Below, piece after piece: positions 28,801-42,300 of a stretch of 64,000 bases of DNA (its first letter is position 1; each line of letters opens with the position of its first letter). The position numbers and the translations under genes were made by a program. The stretch comes from Squalus acanthias (lineage: Eukaryota): contig CM059438.1 of NCBI GenBank assembly GCA_030390025.1, forward strand, positions 58,344,001 through 58,408,000, given 5' to 3'. The notes under the pieces are model-generated. The model searched no databases and was not told the DNA's origin. It worked only from the letters and a program-made list of their open reading frames with translations.

Positions 28801-31800
28801 TGGATCCAGACAGACTCTGTGAATGGAGCTGGGTACAGACAGATTAGAGAATGGAGCTTGGTTCAGAGAGACTGGGGAATAGCGCTGGGTACAGACAGAC
28901 TTTTGGGAATGGAGCTGGGTACAGACAGTCTCTGGGGGATGGAGCTGGGTACAGACAGAATTTGGGAATGGAGCTCGGTGCAGGCGGACTCTGGGGAATG
29001 GAGCTGGGTACAGACAGATTCGGGGGAACGGAGCTGGATACAGACAGACTGGGGAATGGAGCAGGGTTCAGAGAGAATGGGGAATGAAGCTGGGTGCAGA
29101 CAGACTCTGGGAATGGAGCTGGGTACAGACAGACACTGGGAATGGTGCTGGGTACAGATGGACTCTGGGGAATGGAGCTGGGTTATGACAGATTCTGGGA
29201 ATGGAGCTCGGTACAGATAGACTCTGGGGAATTGAGCTGGGTACAGACAGACTTTGGGGAATGGAGCGGGGTACAGACAGTGTCTGGGGGATGGAGCTGG
29301 GTACAGACAGACTGATGAATGGCGTTGGGTAGAGAAAGAGTCTGGGAATGGAGCTGGGTACAGACAGTATTTGGGAATGGAGCTGGGTACAGACAGACTG
29401 AGGAATGGCGTTGGATAGAGGCAGAGTTTGGGAATGGAGCTGCGTACAGACAGACTATGGGAATGGATCTTGTACAAACAGATATTGGGGAATGGAGCGG
29501 GGTACAGACAGACTCTGGGGAATGGAGCTGTGTACAGACAGACTGAGGACTGGAGTTGGGTTGAGAGCAGAGTCTGGGAATGGAGCTGGGTACAGACAGA
29601 ATTTGGAAATGGAGCGGGGTACAGACAGACTATGGGAATGGATCTGGGTCCAGACAGACTCTGGGAAATGGTGCTGGGTACAGACAGACTCTGGGGAATG
29701 GAACTCGGTACAGGCGGTCTCTGGGGAATGGAGCTGGGTACAGACAGAATTTGGAAATGGAGCTGGGTACAGACAGACTCTGGGGAATGGAGCTGGGTAC
29801 AGGCAGACTAGAGAATGGAGCTTGGTTCAGAGAGACTGGGGAATGGAGCTGGGTACAGACAGAATCTGTGAATGGAGCTGGGTAAAGGCAGACTAGGGGA
29901 ATGGAGCTGGGTAAAGGCAGACTAGGGGAATGGAGCTGGTTACAGACAGATTCTGGGGAATGCAGCTGGTTACAGACAGACTGGCGAACGGAGCTGGTTA
30001 CATACAGACTTGGGAATGGAGTACAGACAGATTCTGGGAATGGAGCTCGGTACAGATTGACTCTGGGGAATGGAGCTGGGTACAGAAGACTGGGGAATAG
30101 AGCGTGGTACAGACAGACTTTGGGGAATGGAGCTGGGTACAGACAGTCTCTGGGGGATGGAGCTGGGTACAGACAGACTGAGGAATGGCGTTGGGTAGAG
30201 GCAGAGTCTGGGAATGGAGCTAGGTACAGACAGACTCTTGGAATGGTGCTGGGTACAGAAAGACTCTGGGAATGGAGCTGGGTACTGTCAGATTCTGGGG
30301 GAAGGAGCTGAGTACAGACAGACTCTGTGGAATGGATCTTGTACAGACAGACATTGGGAAATCGAGCTGGGTACAGACAGACTCTGGGAATACAGCTGTG
30401 TACAGACAGACTCTGGGAATGGATCTCGTTACAGACAGACTGGGGAATGGAGCTGGGTACATAAAGACTCTGCAAAGGGAGCTGGGTACAGACAGACTGG
30501 AGAATGGAACTGGGTACAGACAGACTCGTGGGATAGGAGCCGGGTACAGACAGTCTCCAGGAATCGAGCTGGGTACAGGAAGACTCTCGGGAATGGAGCT
30601 GGGTACAGACAGACTTCGGGAATGGAGCTGGGTATAGACAGACTCTGGGGAATGGAGCTCGGTACAGGCGGACTCTGAGGAATGAAGCTGGGTACAGACA
30701 GACTCTGGGGAATGGAGCAGGGTTTAGAGAGAATGGGGAATGAAGCTGGGTACAGATAGATTCTATGAATGGAGCTGGGTACAGACAGACACTGGGAATG
30801 ATGTTGGGTACAGACGGACTCTGGGGCATGGAGCTGGGTACAGACAGATTCTGGGAATGGAGCTGGGTCCAGATAGACTCTGGGGAATGGAGCTGGGTAC
30901 AGACAGTCTCTGGGGAATGGAGTTGGGTACAGACAGACTGAGTAATGGGGTTGGGTGGAGGCAGAGTCTGGGAATGGAGCTGGATACAGACAGAATTTTG
31001 GAATGGAGCTGGGTACAGACAGACTATGGGAATGGAGCTGGGTACAGACAGACTCTGGGGAATGGAAATCGGTACAGGCGGACTCTGGGGAATCGAGCTG
31101 GGTACAGACAGAATCTGTGAATGGAGCTGGGTACAGGCAGACTAGGGGAATGGAGCTGGGTACAGACAGACCCTGTGAATGGAGCTGGGTACAGACAGAC
31201 TATGGGAATGGAGCAGGGTACAGACAGACTCTGGGAATGGTGCTGGGTACAGACAGATTCTGGGGAATGCAGCTGGTTACAGACAGACTGGGGAATGGAG
31301 CTGGATACAGACAGACTGGGGAATGGAGTACAGACAGATTCTGGGAATGGAGCTCGGTACAGTAAGACTCTTGGGAATGGAGCTGGGTACAGACAGACTC
31401 TGGGGAATGGAGCTGTTACAGAGAGACTGTGGAACAGTGCTGGATACAGACAGACTGGGGAATGGAGCAGGGTTTAGAGAGAATGGGGAATGAAGCTGGG
31501 TACAGACAGATTCTAGGAATGGAGCTGGGTACAGACAGACACTGGGAATGATGTTGGGTACAGACAGATTCTGGGAATGGAGCTGGGTACAGATGGACTC
31601 TGGGGAATGGAGCTGGGTACAGACAGTATCTGGGGAATGGAGTTGGGTACAGACAGACTGAGGAATGGGGTTGGGTAGAGGCAGAGTCTGGGAATGGAGC
31701 TGGATACAGACAGAATTTTGGAATGGAGCTGGGTACAGACAGATGATGGGAATGGAGCTGGGTACAGACAGACTCTGGGAATGGAGCTGGGTACAGACAG

Positions 31801-34800
31801 ACTCTGGGGAATGGAAATCGGTACAGGCGGACTCTGGGGAATCGAGCTGGGTACAGACCGAATCTGTGAATGGAGCTGGGTACAGACAGACTCTGTGAAT
31901 GGAGCTAGGTACAGGCAGACTAGGGGAATGGAGCTGGGTACAGACAGACCCTGGGAATGGAGCTGGGTACAGACAGACTATGGAAATGGAGAATGGTACA
32001 GACAGACTCTGGGAATGGTGCTGGGTACAGACAGGCTCTGAAGAATGGAACTCGGTACAGACAGACTCTGTGAATGGAGCTGGGTACAGACAGACTCTGT
32101 GAATGGAGCTGGGTACAGGCAGACTAGGGGAATGGAGCTGGTTACAGACAGATTCTGGGGAATGCAGCTGGTTACAGACAGACTGGGGAACGGAGCTGGA
32201 TACAGACAGACTGGGGAATGGAGTACAGACAGATTCTGGGAATGGAGCTCAGTACATTCAGACTCTTGGGAATGGTGCTGGGTACAGAAGACTGGGGAAT
32301 AGAGCTGGGTACAGACAGACTTTGGGGAATGGAGCTGGGTACAGACAGTCTCTGGGGGATGGAACTGGGTACAGACAGACTGAGAAATAAAGTTGGGTAG
32401 AGGCAGAGTCTGGGAAAGGAGCTGGGTACAGACAGACTCTTGGAATGGCGCTGGGTACAGAAAGACTCTGGGAATGGAGCTGGGTACAGACAGACTGGAG
32501 AATGGAGCTGGGTACAGTCAGATTCTGTTGAATGGAGCTGGGCACAGAGAGACTCTGGGGAATGGATCTTGTACGGACAGCCATTGGGAAATTGAGCTGG
32601 GTACAGACAGACTCTGGGAATACAGCTGTGTACAGACAGACTCTGGGAATGGATCTGGTTACAGAAAGACTGGGGAATGGAGCTGGGTACATAAAGACTC
32701 TGCGAAGGGAACTGGGTACTGACAGACTGGAGAATGGAACTGGGTACAGACAGATTCAGGGGAAAGGAGCCGGGGACAGACAGTCTCCAGGAATGGAGCT
32801 GGATATAGACAGACTCTGGGGAATGCAGCTGGGTACAGACAGAGTTCGGGAATGGAGCTGGCTATAGACAGACTCTGGGGAATGGAACTGGTTACAGAGA
32901 GACTGTGGAACAGAGCTGGATACAGACAGACTGGGGAATCGAGCAGGGTTCAGAGAGAATGGGGAATGAAGCTGGGTACAGACAGACTCTTGGAATGGAG
33001 CTGGGTACAGATGGACTCTGGGGAATGGAGCTGGGTACAGACAGATTCTGGGAATGGAGCTGGGTACAGATAGACTCTGGGGAATGGAGCTGGGTACAGA
33101 AAGTCTCTGGGGAATGGAGTTGGGTACAGAAAGACTGAGGAATGGTGTTGGGTAGAGGCAGAGTCTGGGAATGGAGCTGGATACAGACAGAGTTCGGGAA
33201 TGTAGCTGGCTATAGACAGATTCTGGGGAATGGAACTGGTTACAGAGAGACTGTGGAACAGAGCTGGATACAGACAGACTGGGGAATCGAGCAGGGTTCA
33301 GAGAGAATGGGGAATGAAGCTGGGTACAGACAGACTCTGTGAATGGAGCTGGGTACAGACAGACTCTGTGAATGGAGCTGGGTACAGACAGACTCTGTGG
33401 AATGGATCTTGTACAGACAGACATTGGGAAATCGAGCTGGGTACAGACAGACTCTGGGAATACAGCTGTGTACAGACAGACTCTGGGAATGGATCTCGTT
33501 ACAGACAGACTGGGGAATGGAGCTGGGTACATAAAGACTCTGCAAAGGGAGCTGGGTACAGACAGACTGGAGAATGGAACTGGGTACAGACAGACTCGTG
33601 GGATAGGAGCCGGGTACAGACAGTCTCCAGGAATCGAGCTGGGTACAGGAAGACTCTCGGGAATGGAGCTGGGTACAGACAGACTTCGGGAATGGAGCTG
33701 GGTATAGACAGACTCTGGGGAATGGAGCTCGGTACAGGCGGACTCTGAGGAATGAAGCTGGGTACAGACAGACTCTGGGGAATGGAGCTGGTTACAGAGA
33801 GAATGTGGAACAGAGATGGATACAGACAGACTGGGGAATGGAGCAGGGTTTAGAGAGAATGGGGAATGAAGCTGGGTACAGATAGATTCTAGGAATGGAG
33901 CTGGGTACAGACAGACACTGGGAATGATGTTGGGTACAGACGGACTCTGGGGCATGGAGCTGGGTACAGACAGATTCTGGGAATGGAGCTGGGTCCAGAT
34001 AGACTCTGGGGAATGGAGCTGGGTACAGACAGTCTCTGGGGAATGGAGTTGGGTACAGACAGACTGAGTAATGGGGTTGGGTGGAGGCAGAGTCTGGGAA
34101 TGGAGCTGGATACAGACAGAATTTTGGAATGGAGCTGGGTACAGACAGACTCTGGGGAATGGAAATCGGAACAGGCGGACTCTGGGGAATCGAGCTGGGT
34201 ACAGACAGATTCTGGGAATGGAGCTGGGTACAGATGGACTCTGGGGAATGGAGCTGGGTACAGACAGTATCTGGGGAATGGAGTTGGGTACAGACAGACT
34301 GAGGAATGGGGTTGGGTAGAGGCAGAGTCTGGGAATGGAGCTGGATACAGACAGAATTTTGGAATGGAGCTGGGTACAGACAGATGATGGGAATGGAGCT
34401 GGGTACAGACAGACTCTGGGAATGGAGCTGGGTACAGACAGACTCTGGGGAATGGAAATCGGTACAGGCGGACTCTGGGGAATCGAGCTGGGTACAGACA
34501 GAATCTGTGAATGGAGCTGGGTACAGACAGACTCTGTGAATGGAGCTAGGTACAGGCAGACTAGGGGAATGGAGCTGGGTACAGACAGACCCTGGGAATG
34601 GAGCTGGGTACAGACAGACTATGGAAATGGAGAAGGGTACAGACAGACTCTGGGAATGGTGCTGGGTACAGACAGGCTCTGAAGAATGGAACTCGGTACA
34701 GACAGACTCTGTGAATGGAGCTGGGTACAGACAGACTGTGTGAATGGAGCTGGGTGCAGGCAGACTAGGGGAATGGAGCTGGTTACAGACAGATTCTGGG

Positions 34801-36380
34801 GAATGCAGCTGGTTACAGACAGACTGGGGAACGGAGCTGGATACAGACAGACTGGGGAATGGAGTACAGACAGATTCTGGGAATGGAGCTCAGTCCATTC
34901 AGACTCTTGGGAATGGTGCTGGGTACAGAAGACTGGGGAATAGAGCTGGGTACAGACAGACTTTGGGGAATGGAGCTGGGTACAGACAGTCTCTGGGGGA
35001 TGGAACTGGGTACAGACAGACTGAGAAATAAAGTTGGGTAGAGGCAGAGTCTGGGAAAGGAGCTGGGTACAGACAGACTCTTGGAATGGCGCTGGGTACA
35101 GAAAGACTCTGGGAATGGAGCTGGGTACAGACAGACTGGAGAATGGAGCTGGGTACAGTCAGATTCTGTTGAATGGAGCTGGGCACAGAGAGACTCTGGG
35201 GAATGGATCTTGTACGGACAGCCATTGGGAAATTGAGCTGGGTACAGACAGACTCTGGGAATACAGCTGTGTACAGACAGACTCTGGGAATGGATCTGGT
35301 TACAGAAAGACTGGGGAATGGAGCTGGGTACATAAAGACTCTGCGAAGGGAACTGGGTACTGACAGACTGGAGAATGGAACTGGGTACAGACAGATTCAG
35401 GGGAAAGGAGCCGGGGACAGACAGTCTCCAGGAATGGAGCTGGATATAGACAGACTCTGGGGAATGCAGCTGGGTACAGACAGAGTTCGGGAATGGAGCT
35501 GGCTATAGACAGACTCTGGGGAATGGAACTGGTTACAGAGAGACTGTGGAACAGAGCTGGATACAGACAGACTGGGGAATCGAGCAGGGTTCAGAGAGAA
35601 TGGGGAATGAAGCTGGGTACAGACAGACTCTTGGAATGGAGCTGGGTACAGATGGACTCTGGGGAATGGAGCTGGGTACAGACAGATTCTGGGAATGGAG
35701 CTGGGTACAGATAGACTCTGGGGAATGGAGCTGGGTACAGACAGTCTCTGGGGAATGGAGTTGGGTACAGAAAGACTGAGGAATGGTGTTGGGTAGAGGC
35801 AGAGTCTGGGAATGGAGCTGGATACAGACAGAGTTCGGGAATGTAGCTGGCTATAGACAGATTCTGGGGAATGGAACTGGTTACAGAGAGACTGTGGAAC
35901 AGAGCTGGATACAGACAGACTGGGGAATCGAGCAGGGTTCAGAGAGAATGGGGAATGAAGCTGGGTACAGACAGACTCTGTGAATGGAGCTGGGTACAGA
36001 CAGACTCTGTGAATGGAGCTGGGTACAGACAGACTCTGTGGAATGGATCTTGTACAGACAGACATTGGGAAATCGAGCTGGGTACAGACAGACTCTGGGA
36101 ATACAGCTGTGTACAGACAGACTCTGGGAATGGATCTCGTTACAGACAGACTGGGGAATGGAGCTGGGTACATAAAGACTCTGCAAAGGGAGCTGGGTAC
36201 AGACAGACTGGAGAATGGAACTGGGTACAGACAGACTCGTGGGATAGGAGCCGGGTACAGACAGTCTCCAGGAATCGAGCTGGGTACAGGAAGACTCTCG
36301 GGAATGGAGCTGGGTACAGACAGACTTTGGGAATGGAGCTGGGTATAGACAGACTCTGGGGAATGGAGCTCGGTACAGGC
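10900..36380 (+). repeat. Tandem duplication of a ~12.2-13.3 kb block (about 10,900-23,070 and 23,070-36,380; boundaries approximate)
   Basis: ORF-track offsets are 12173 (11206/23379 to 13230/25403), 12491 (13373/25864 to 14626/27117), 13068 (16833/29901 to 20915/33983) and 13303 (21383/34686 to 22710/36013). Variants private to both copies include GATTCTATGA (~17691/~30759), GAGAATGGTA (~18921/~31989) and CAGTCCATTC (~21588/~34891). Confidence 0.85.
27011..28340 (+). repeat. Local direct duplication, 2 x 665 bp
   Basis: TACAGACAGATTCTGGGAATGGAGCT starts at 27011, 27676 and 28341. ORF pairs 27117/27782, 27146/27811 and 27555/28220 are all offset by 665. Confidence 0.9.
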
Positions 36381-39300
36381 GGACTCTGAGGAATGGAGCT
36401 CGGTACAGTAAGACTCTTGGGAATGGAGCTGGGTACAGACAGACTCTGGGGAATGGAGCTGTTACAGAGAGACTGTGGAACAGAGCTGGATACAGACAGA
36501 CTGGGGAATGGAGCAGGGTTTAGAGAGAATGGGGAATGAAGCTGGGTACAGACAGATTCTAGGAATGGAGCTGGGTACAGACAGACACTGGGAATGATGT
36601 TGGGTACAGACAGATTCTGGGAATGGAGCTGGGTACAGATGGACTCTGGGGAATGGAGCTGGGTACAGACAGTATCTGGGGAATGGAGTTGGGTACAGAC
36701 AGACTGAGGAATGGGGTTGGGTAGAGGCAGAGTCTGGGAATGGAGCTGGATACAGACAGATTTTTGGAATGGAGCTGGGTACAGACAGATGATGGGAATG
36801 GAGCTGGGTACAGACAGACTCTGGGAATGGAGCTGGGTACAGACAGACTCTGGGGAATGGAAATCGGTACAGGCGGACTCTGGGGAATCGAGCTGGGTAC
36901 AGACAGAATCTGTGAATGGAGCTGGGTACAGACAGACTCTGTGAATGGAGCTGGGTACAGGCAGACTAGGGGAATGGAGCTGGGTACAGACAAACCCTGG
37001 GAATGGAGCTGGGTACAGACAGACTATGGGAATGGAGAAGGGTACAGACAGACTCTGGGAATGGTGCTGGGTACAGACAGGCTCTGAAGAATGGAACTCA
37101 GTACAGACAGACTCTGTGAATGGAGCTGGGTACAGACAGACTAGGGGAATGGAGCTGGTTACAGACAGATTCTGGGGAATGCAGCTGGTTACAGACAGAC
37201 TGGGGAACGGAGCTGGATACAGACAGACTGGGGAATGGAGTACAGACAGATTCTGGGAATGGAGCTCAGTACAGTCAGACTCTTGGGAATGGAGCTGGGT
37301 ACAGAAGACTGGGGAATAGAGCTGGGTACAGACAGACTTTGGGGAATGGAGCTGGGTACAGACAGTCTCTGGGGGATGGAACTGGGTACAGACAGACTGA
37401 GAAATAAAGTTGGGTAGAGGCAGAGTCTGGGAAAGGAGCTGGGTACAGACAGACTCTTGGAATGGCGCTGGGTACAGAAAGACTCTGGGAATGGAGCTGG
37501 GTACAGACAGACTGGAGAATGGAGCTGGGTACAGTCAGATTCTGTTGAATGGAGCTGGGCACAGAGAGACTCTGGGGAATGGATCTTGTACGGACAGCCA
37601 TTGGGAAATCGAGCTGGGTACAGACAGACTCTGGGAATACAGCTGTGTACAGACAGACTCTGGGAATGGATCTGGTTACAGAAAGACTGGGGAATGGAGC
37701 TGGGTACATAAAGACTCTGCGAAGGGAACTGGGTACTGACAGACTGGAGAATGGAACTGGGTTCAGACAGATTCAGGGGAAAGGAGCCGGGGACAGACAG
37801 TCTCCAGGAATGGAGCTGGATATAGACAGACTCTGGGGAATGCAGCTGGGTACAGACAGAGTTCGGGAATGGAGCTGGCTATAGACAGACTCTGGGGAAT
37901 GGAACTGGTTACAGAGAGACTGTGGAACAGAGCTGGATACAGACAGACTGGGGAATCGAGCAGGGTTCAGAGAGAATGGGGAATGAAGCTGGGTACAGAC
38001 AGACTCTGTGAATGAAGCTGGGTACAGACAGACTCTGTGAATGGAGCTGGGTACAGACAGACTCTGTGAATGGAGCTGGGTACAGACAGACTCTGTGAAT
38101 GGAGCTGGGTACAGGCAGACAAGGGGAATGGAGCTGGTTACAGACAGATTCTGGGAAATGCAGCTGGTTACAGACAGACTGGGGAACGGAGCTGGATACA
38201 GACAGACTGGGGAATGGAGTACAGACAGATTCTGGGATTGGAACTCGGTGCAGATAGAATCTGGGGAATGGAGCTGGGTACAGAAGACTGTGGAATAGAG
38301 CTGGGTACAGACAGAATTTGGGAATGGAGCTGAGTACAGACAGACTGAGGAATGGCGTTGAGTACATGCAGAGTCTGGGAATGGAGCTGCGTACAGACAG
38401 ACTATGGGAATGGATCTGGGTACAGACAGACTGGAGAATGGAGCTGGGTACAGTCAGACTTCGGGAATGGAGCTGGGTATAGACAGTCTATGGGGAATGG
38501 AGCTAGGTACAGGCAGACTCTGGGGAATGGAGCTGGTTACAGAGAGACTGGGGAACGGAGCTGGATACTGACAGATTCTGGGAATGGAGCTCGGTACAGA
38601 TAGACACTGGGAATGGTGCTGGGTACGGATGGACTCTGGGGAATGGAGCTGGGTACTGACAGATTCTGGGAATGGAGCTCGGTACAGATAGACTCTGGGG
38701 AATGGAGCTGGGTACAGACAGACTGAGGAATGGAGTTGGGTAGAGACAGAGTCTGGGAATGGAGCTGGGTGCAGACAGTATTTGGGAATGGAGCTGGGTA
38801 CAGACAGACTGAGGAATGGCGTTGGGTAGAGGCAGAGTGTGGGAATGGAGCTGCGTACAGACAGTCTCTAGGAATGGTGCTGGGTACAGAAAGACTCTGG
38901 GAATGGATCTGGGTACAGACAGACTGGAGAATGGATCTGGTTACAGTCAGATTCTGGGGACTGGAGCTGGGTGCAGACAGACTCTGGGAATGGATATTGT
39001 ACAGACAGACATTGGGAAATCGAGCTGGGTACAGACAGTCTCTGGGGAATGGAGTTGGGTGCAGACAAACTCTGTGAAAGGCGCTGGGTACAGATAGACT
39101 AGAGAATGGAGCTTGGTTCAGAGAGACTGGGGAATGGAGCTGGCTGCAGGCAGACTCGGGGAATGGAGCTGGTTACAGACAGATTCTGGGGAATGCAGCT
39201 GGTTAGAGACAGACTGGGGAACGGAGCTGGATACAGACAGACTGGGGAATGGAGTACTGACAGATTCTGGGAATGGAGCTCTGTACAGATAGACTCTGGG

Positions 39301-42300
39301 GAATGGAGCTGGGTACAGAAGACTGGGGGATGGAGCTGGGTACAGACAGAGTGAGGAATGGAGTTGGGTAGTGGCAGAGTCTGGGAATGGAACTGGGTGC
39401 AGACAGAATTTGGGAATGGAGCTGGGTACAGACAGACTGAGGAATGGTGCTGGGTACAGAAAGACTCTGGGAATGGAGCTGGGTACAGACAGACTGGAGA
39501 ATGGAGCTGGTTACAGTCAGATTCTGGGGAATGGAGCTGGGTACAGACAGACTCTGTGGAATGGATCTTGTACAGACAGACATTGGGAAATCGAGCTGGG
39601 TACAGACAGACTCTGGGAATACAGCTGTGTACAGACAGACGCTGGGAATGGATCTCGTTACAGACAGACTGGGGAATGGAACTGGGTACAGACAGACTCG
39701 CGGGATAGGAGCCGGGTACAGACAGTCTCCAGGAATCGAGCTGGGTACAGGAAGACTCTCGGGAATGGAGCTGGGTCCAGACAGACTTCGGGAATGGAGC
39801 TGCGTATAGACAGACTCTGGGGAATGGAGCTCGGTACAGGCGGACTCTGGGGAATGGAGCTGGGTACAGACAGACTCTGGGGAATGGAGCTGGTTACAGA
39901 GAGACTGTGGAACAGAGCTGGATATAGTCAGACTGGGGAATGGAGCAGGGTTTAGAGAGAATGGGGAATGAAGCTGGGTGCAGATAGATTCTGGGAATGG
40001 AGCTGGGTACAGACAGAATCTGGGAATGGAGCTGCGTACAGACAGACTCTGGGGAATGGAAATCGGTACAGGCGGACTCTGGGGAATGGAGCTGGGTACA
40101 GACAGACTATGGGAATGGAGCAGGGTACAGACAGACTCTGGGAATGGTGCTGGGTACAGACAGGCTCTGGGGAATGGAACTCGGTACAGACAGACTCTGT
40201 GAATGAGGCTGGGTACAGACAGACTCTGTGAATGGAGCTGGGTACAGGCAGACTAGGGGAATGGAGCTGGTTACAGACAGATTCTGGGGAATGCAGCTGG
40301 TTGCAGACAGACTGGGGAACGGAGTTGGATACAGACAGACTGGGGAATGGAGTACAGACAGATTCTGGGAATGGAGCTCGGTACAGTCAGACTCTTGGGA
40401 ATGGAGCTGGGTACAGACAGACTGGAGAATGGAGCTGGGTACAGTCAGATTCTGGGGAATGGAGCTGGGTACAGACAGTCTCTGGGGGATGGAGCTGGGT
40501 ACAGAAAGACTGAGGAATGGAGTTGGGTAGAGGCAGAGTCTGGGAATGGATCTGGGTACAGACAGAATTTGGGAATGGAGCTGGGTACAGACAGATTCTT
40601 GGAATGGCGCTGGGTACAGAAAGACTCTGGGAATGGAGCTGGGTACAGACAGACTGGAGAATGGAGCTGGGTACAGTCAGATTCTGGGGAATGGAGCTGG
40701 GTACAGAGAGACTCTGGGAATACAGCTGTGCACAGACAGACTCTGGGAATGGATCTGGTTACAGAAAGACTGGGGAATGGAGCTGGGTAGATAAAGACTC
40801 TGCAAAGGGAACAGGGTACTGACATACTCTGGGAAGGGAGCTGGGTACAGACAGACTGGAGAATGGAACTGGGTACAGACAGACTCTGGGGAAAGGAGCC
40901 GGGTACAGACAGTCTCCAGGAATCGAGCTGGGTACAGGAAGACTCTGGGGAATGCAGCTGGGTACAGGCAGACTAGGGGAATGGAGCTGGGTACAGACAG
41001 GCCCTTGGAATGGTGCTGGGTACAGGCAGACTATGGGAATGGAGCTGGGTACCGACAGACTCTGGGAATGGAGCTGGGTACAGACAGGCTCTGGGGAATG
41101 GAACTCGGTACAGACAGACTTTGTGAATGGAGTACAGACAGATTCTGGGAATGGAGCTCGGTACAGATAGACTCTTGGGAATGTAGCTGGGTACAGGAGA
41201 CTGGGGAATAGAGCTGGGTACAGAGAGATTTGGGGGAATGGAGCTGGGTACAGACAGACTCTGGGGGATGGAGCTGGGTACAGACAGACTGAGGAATGGA
41301 GTTGGGTAGAGGCAGAGTCTGGGAATAGATCTGGGTACAGACAGGCTATTGGAATGGAGCTGGGTACAGACAGAATTTGGGAATGGAGCTGGGTACAGAC
41401 AGACTGAGGAATGGAGTTGAGTAGAGGCAGAGTCTGGGAATGGATCTGTGTGCAGACAGACTATTGGAATGGAGTTGGGTACAGACAGACTGGAGAATGG
41501 AGCTGGGTACAGTCAGATTCTGGGGAATGGAGCTGGGTACAGACAGACTCTGGGAATACAGCTGTGTACAGACAGACTCTGGGAATGGATCTGTTACAGA
41601 CAGACTGGGGAAAATAGCTGTGTACATAAAGACTCTGCGAAGGCAGCTGGGTACTGACATACTCTGGGAATGGAGCTGGGTACAGACAGACTCTGGGAAT
41701 CGAGTTGGGTACAGACAGACTGGAGAATGGAACTGGGTACAGTCAGATTCTGGGGAATGGAGCTGGGTACAGACAGACTCTGTGGAATGGATCTTGTACA
41801 GACAGACATTGGGAAATCGAGCTGGGTACAGACAGACTCTGGGAATACAGCTGTGTACAGACAGACTCTGGGAATGGATCTCGTTACAGACAGACTGGGG
41901 AATGGAGCTGTTACAGACAGACTCTGTGAATGGAGCTGAGTACAGACAGACTCTTTGAATGGAGCTGGGTACAGACAGATTCTGGGGAACGGAGCTGGTT
42001 ACAGACAGACTGGGGAACGGAACTGGGTACAGACAGACTTTGGGGAATGGAGCTGTGTACAGACAGACTGAGGAATGGAGTTGGGTCGAGGCAGAGTCTG
42101 GGAATGGATCTGGGTACAGACAGAATTTGGGAGTGGAGCTGGGTACAGACAGACTGAGGAATGGCGTTGGGTAGAGGCAGATTCTGGGAATGGAGCTGGG
42201 TACAGACAGACTCTGTGGAATGGATCTTGTACAGACAGACATTGGGAAATCGAGCTGGGTACAGACAGACTCTGGGAATACACCTTTGTACAGACAAACT

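Larger units (their letters stand above)
1..37980 (+). repeat. Homogeneous HOR domain with a ~6.55-7.0 kb period
   Basis: Identical ORF-track signatures recur at fixed offsets: 2109/9097/15766/28863; 3146/10135/16833/29901; 5637/12596/19150. Offsets are 6959-7017 between copies 1 and 2 and 6554-6698 between copies 2 and 3. Rare marker monomers such as GAGAAATAAAGTTGGG, GAGCTTAATAC and GTACAAACAGATATT recur in the same order. Confidence 0.9.
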
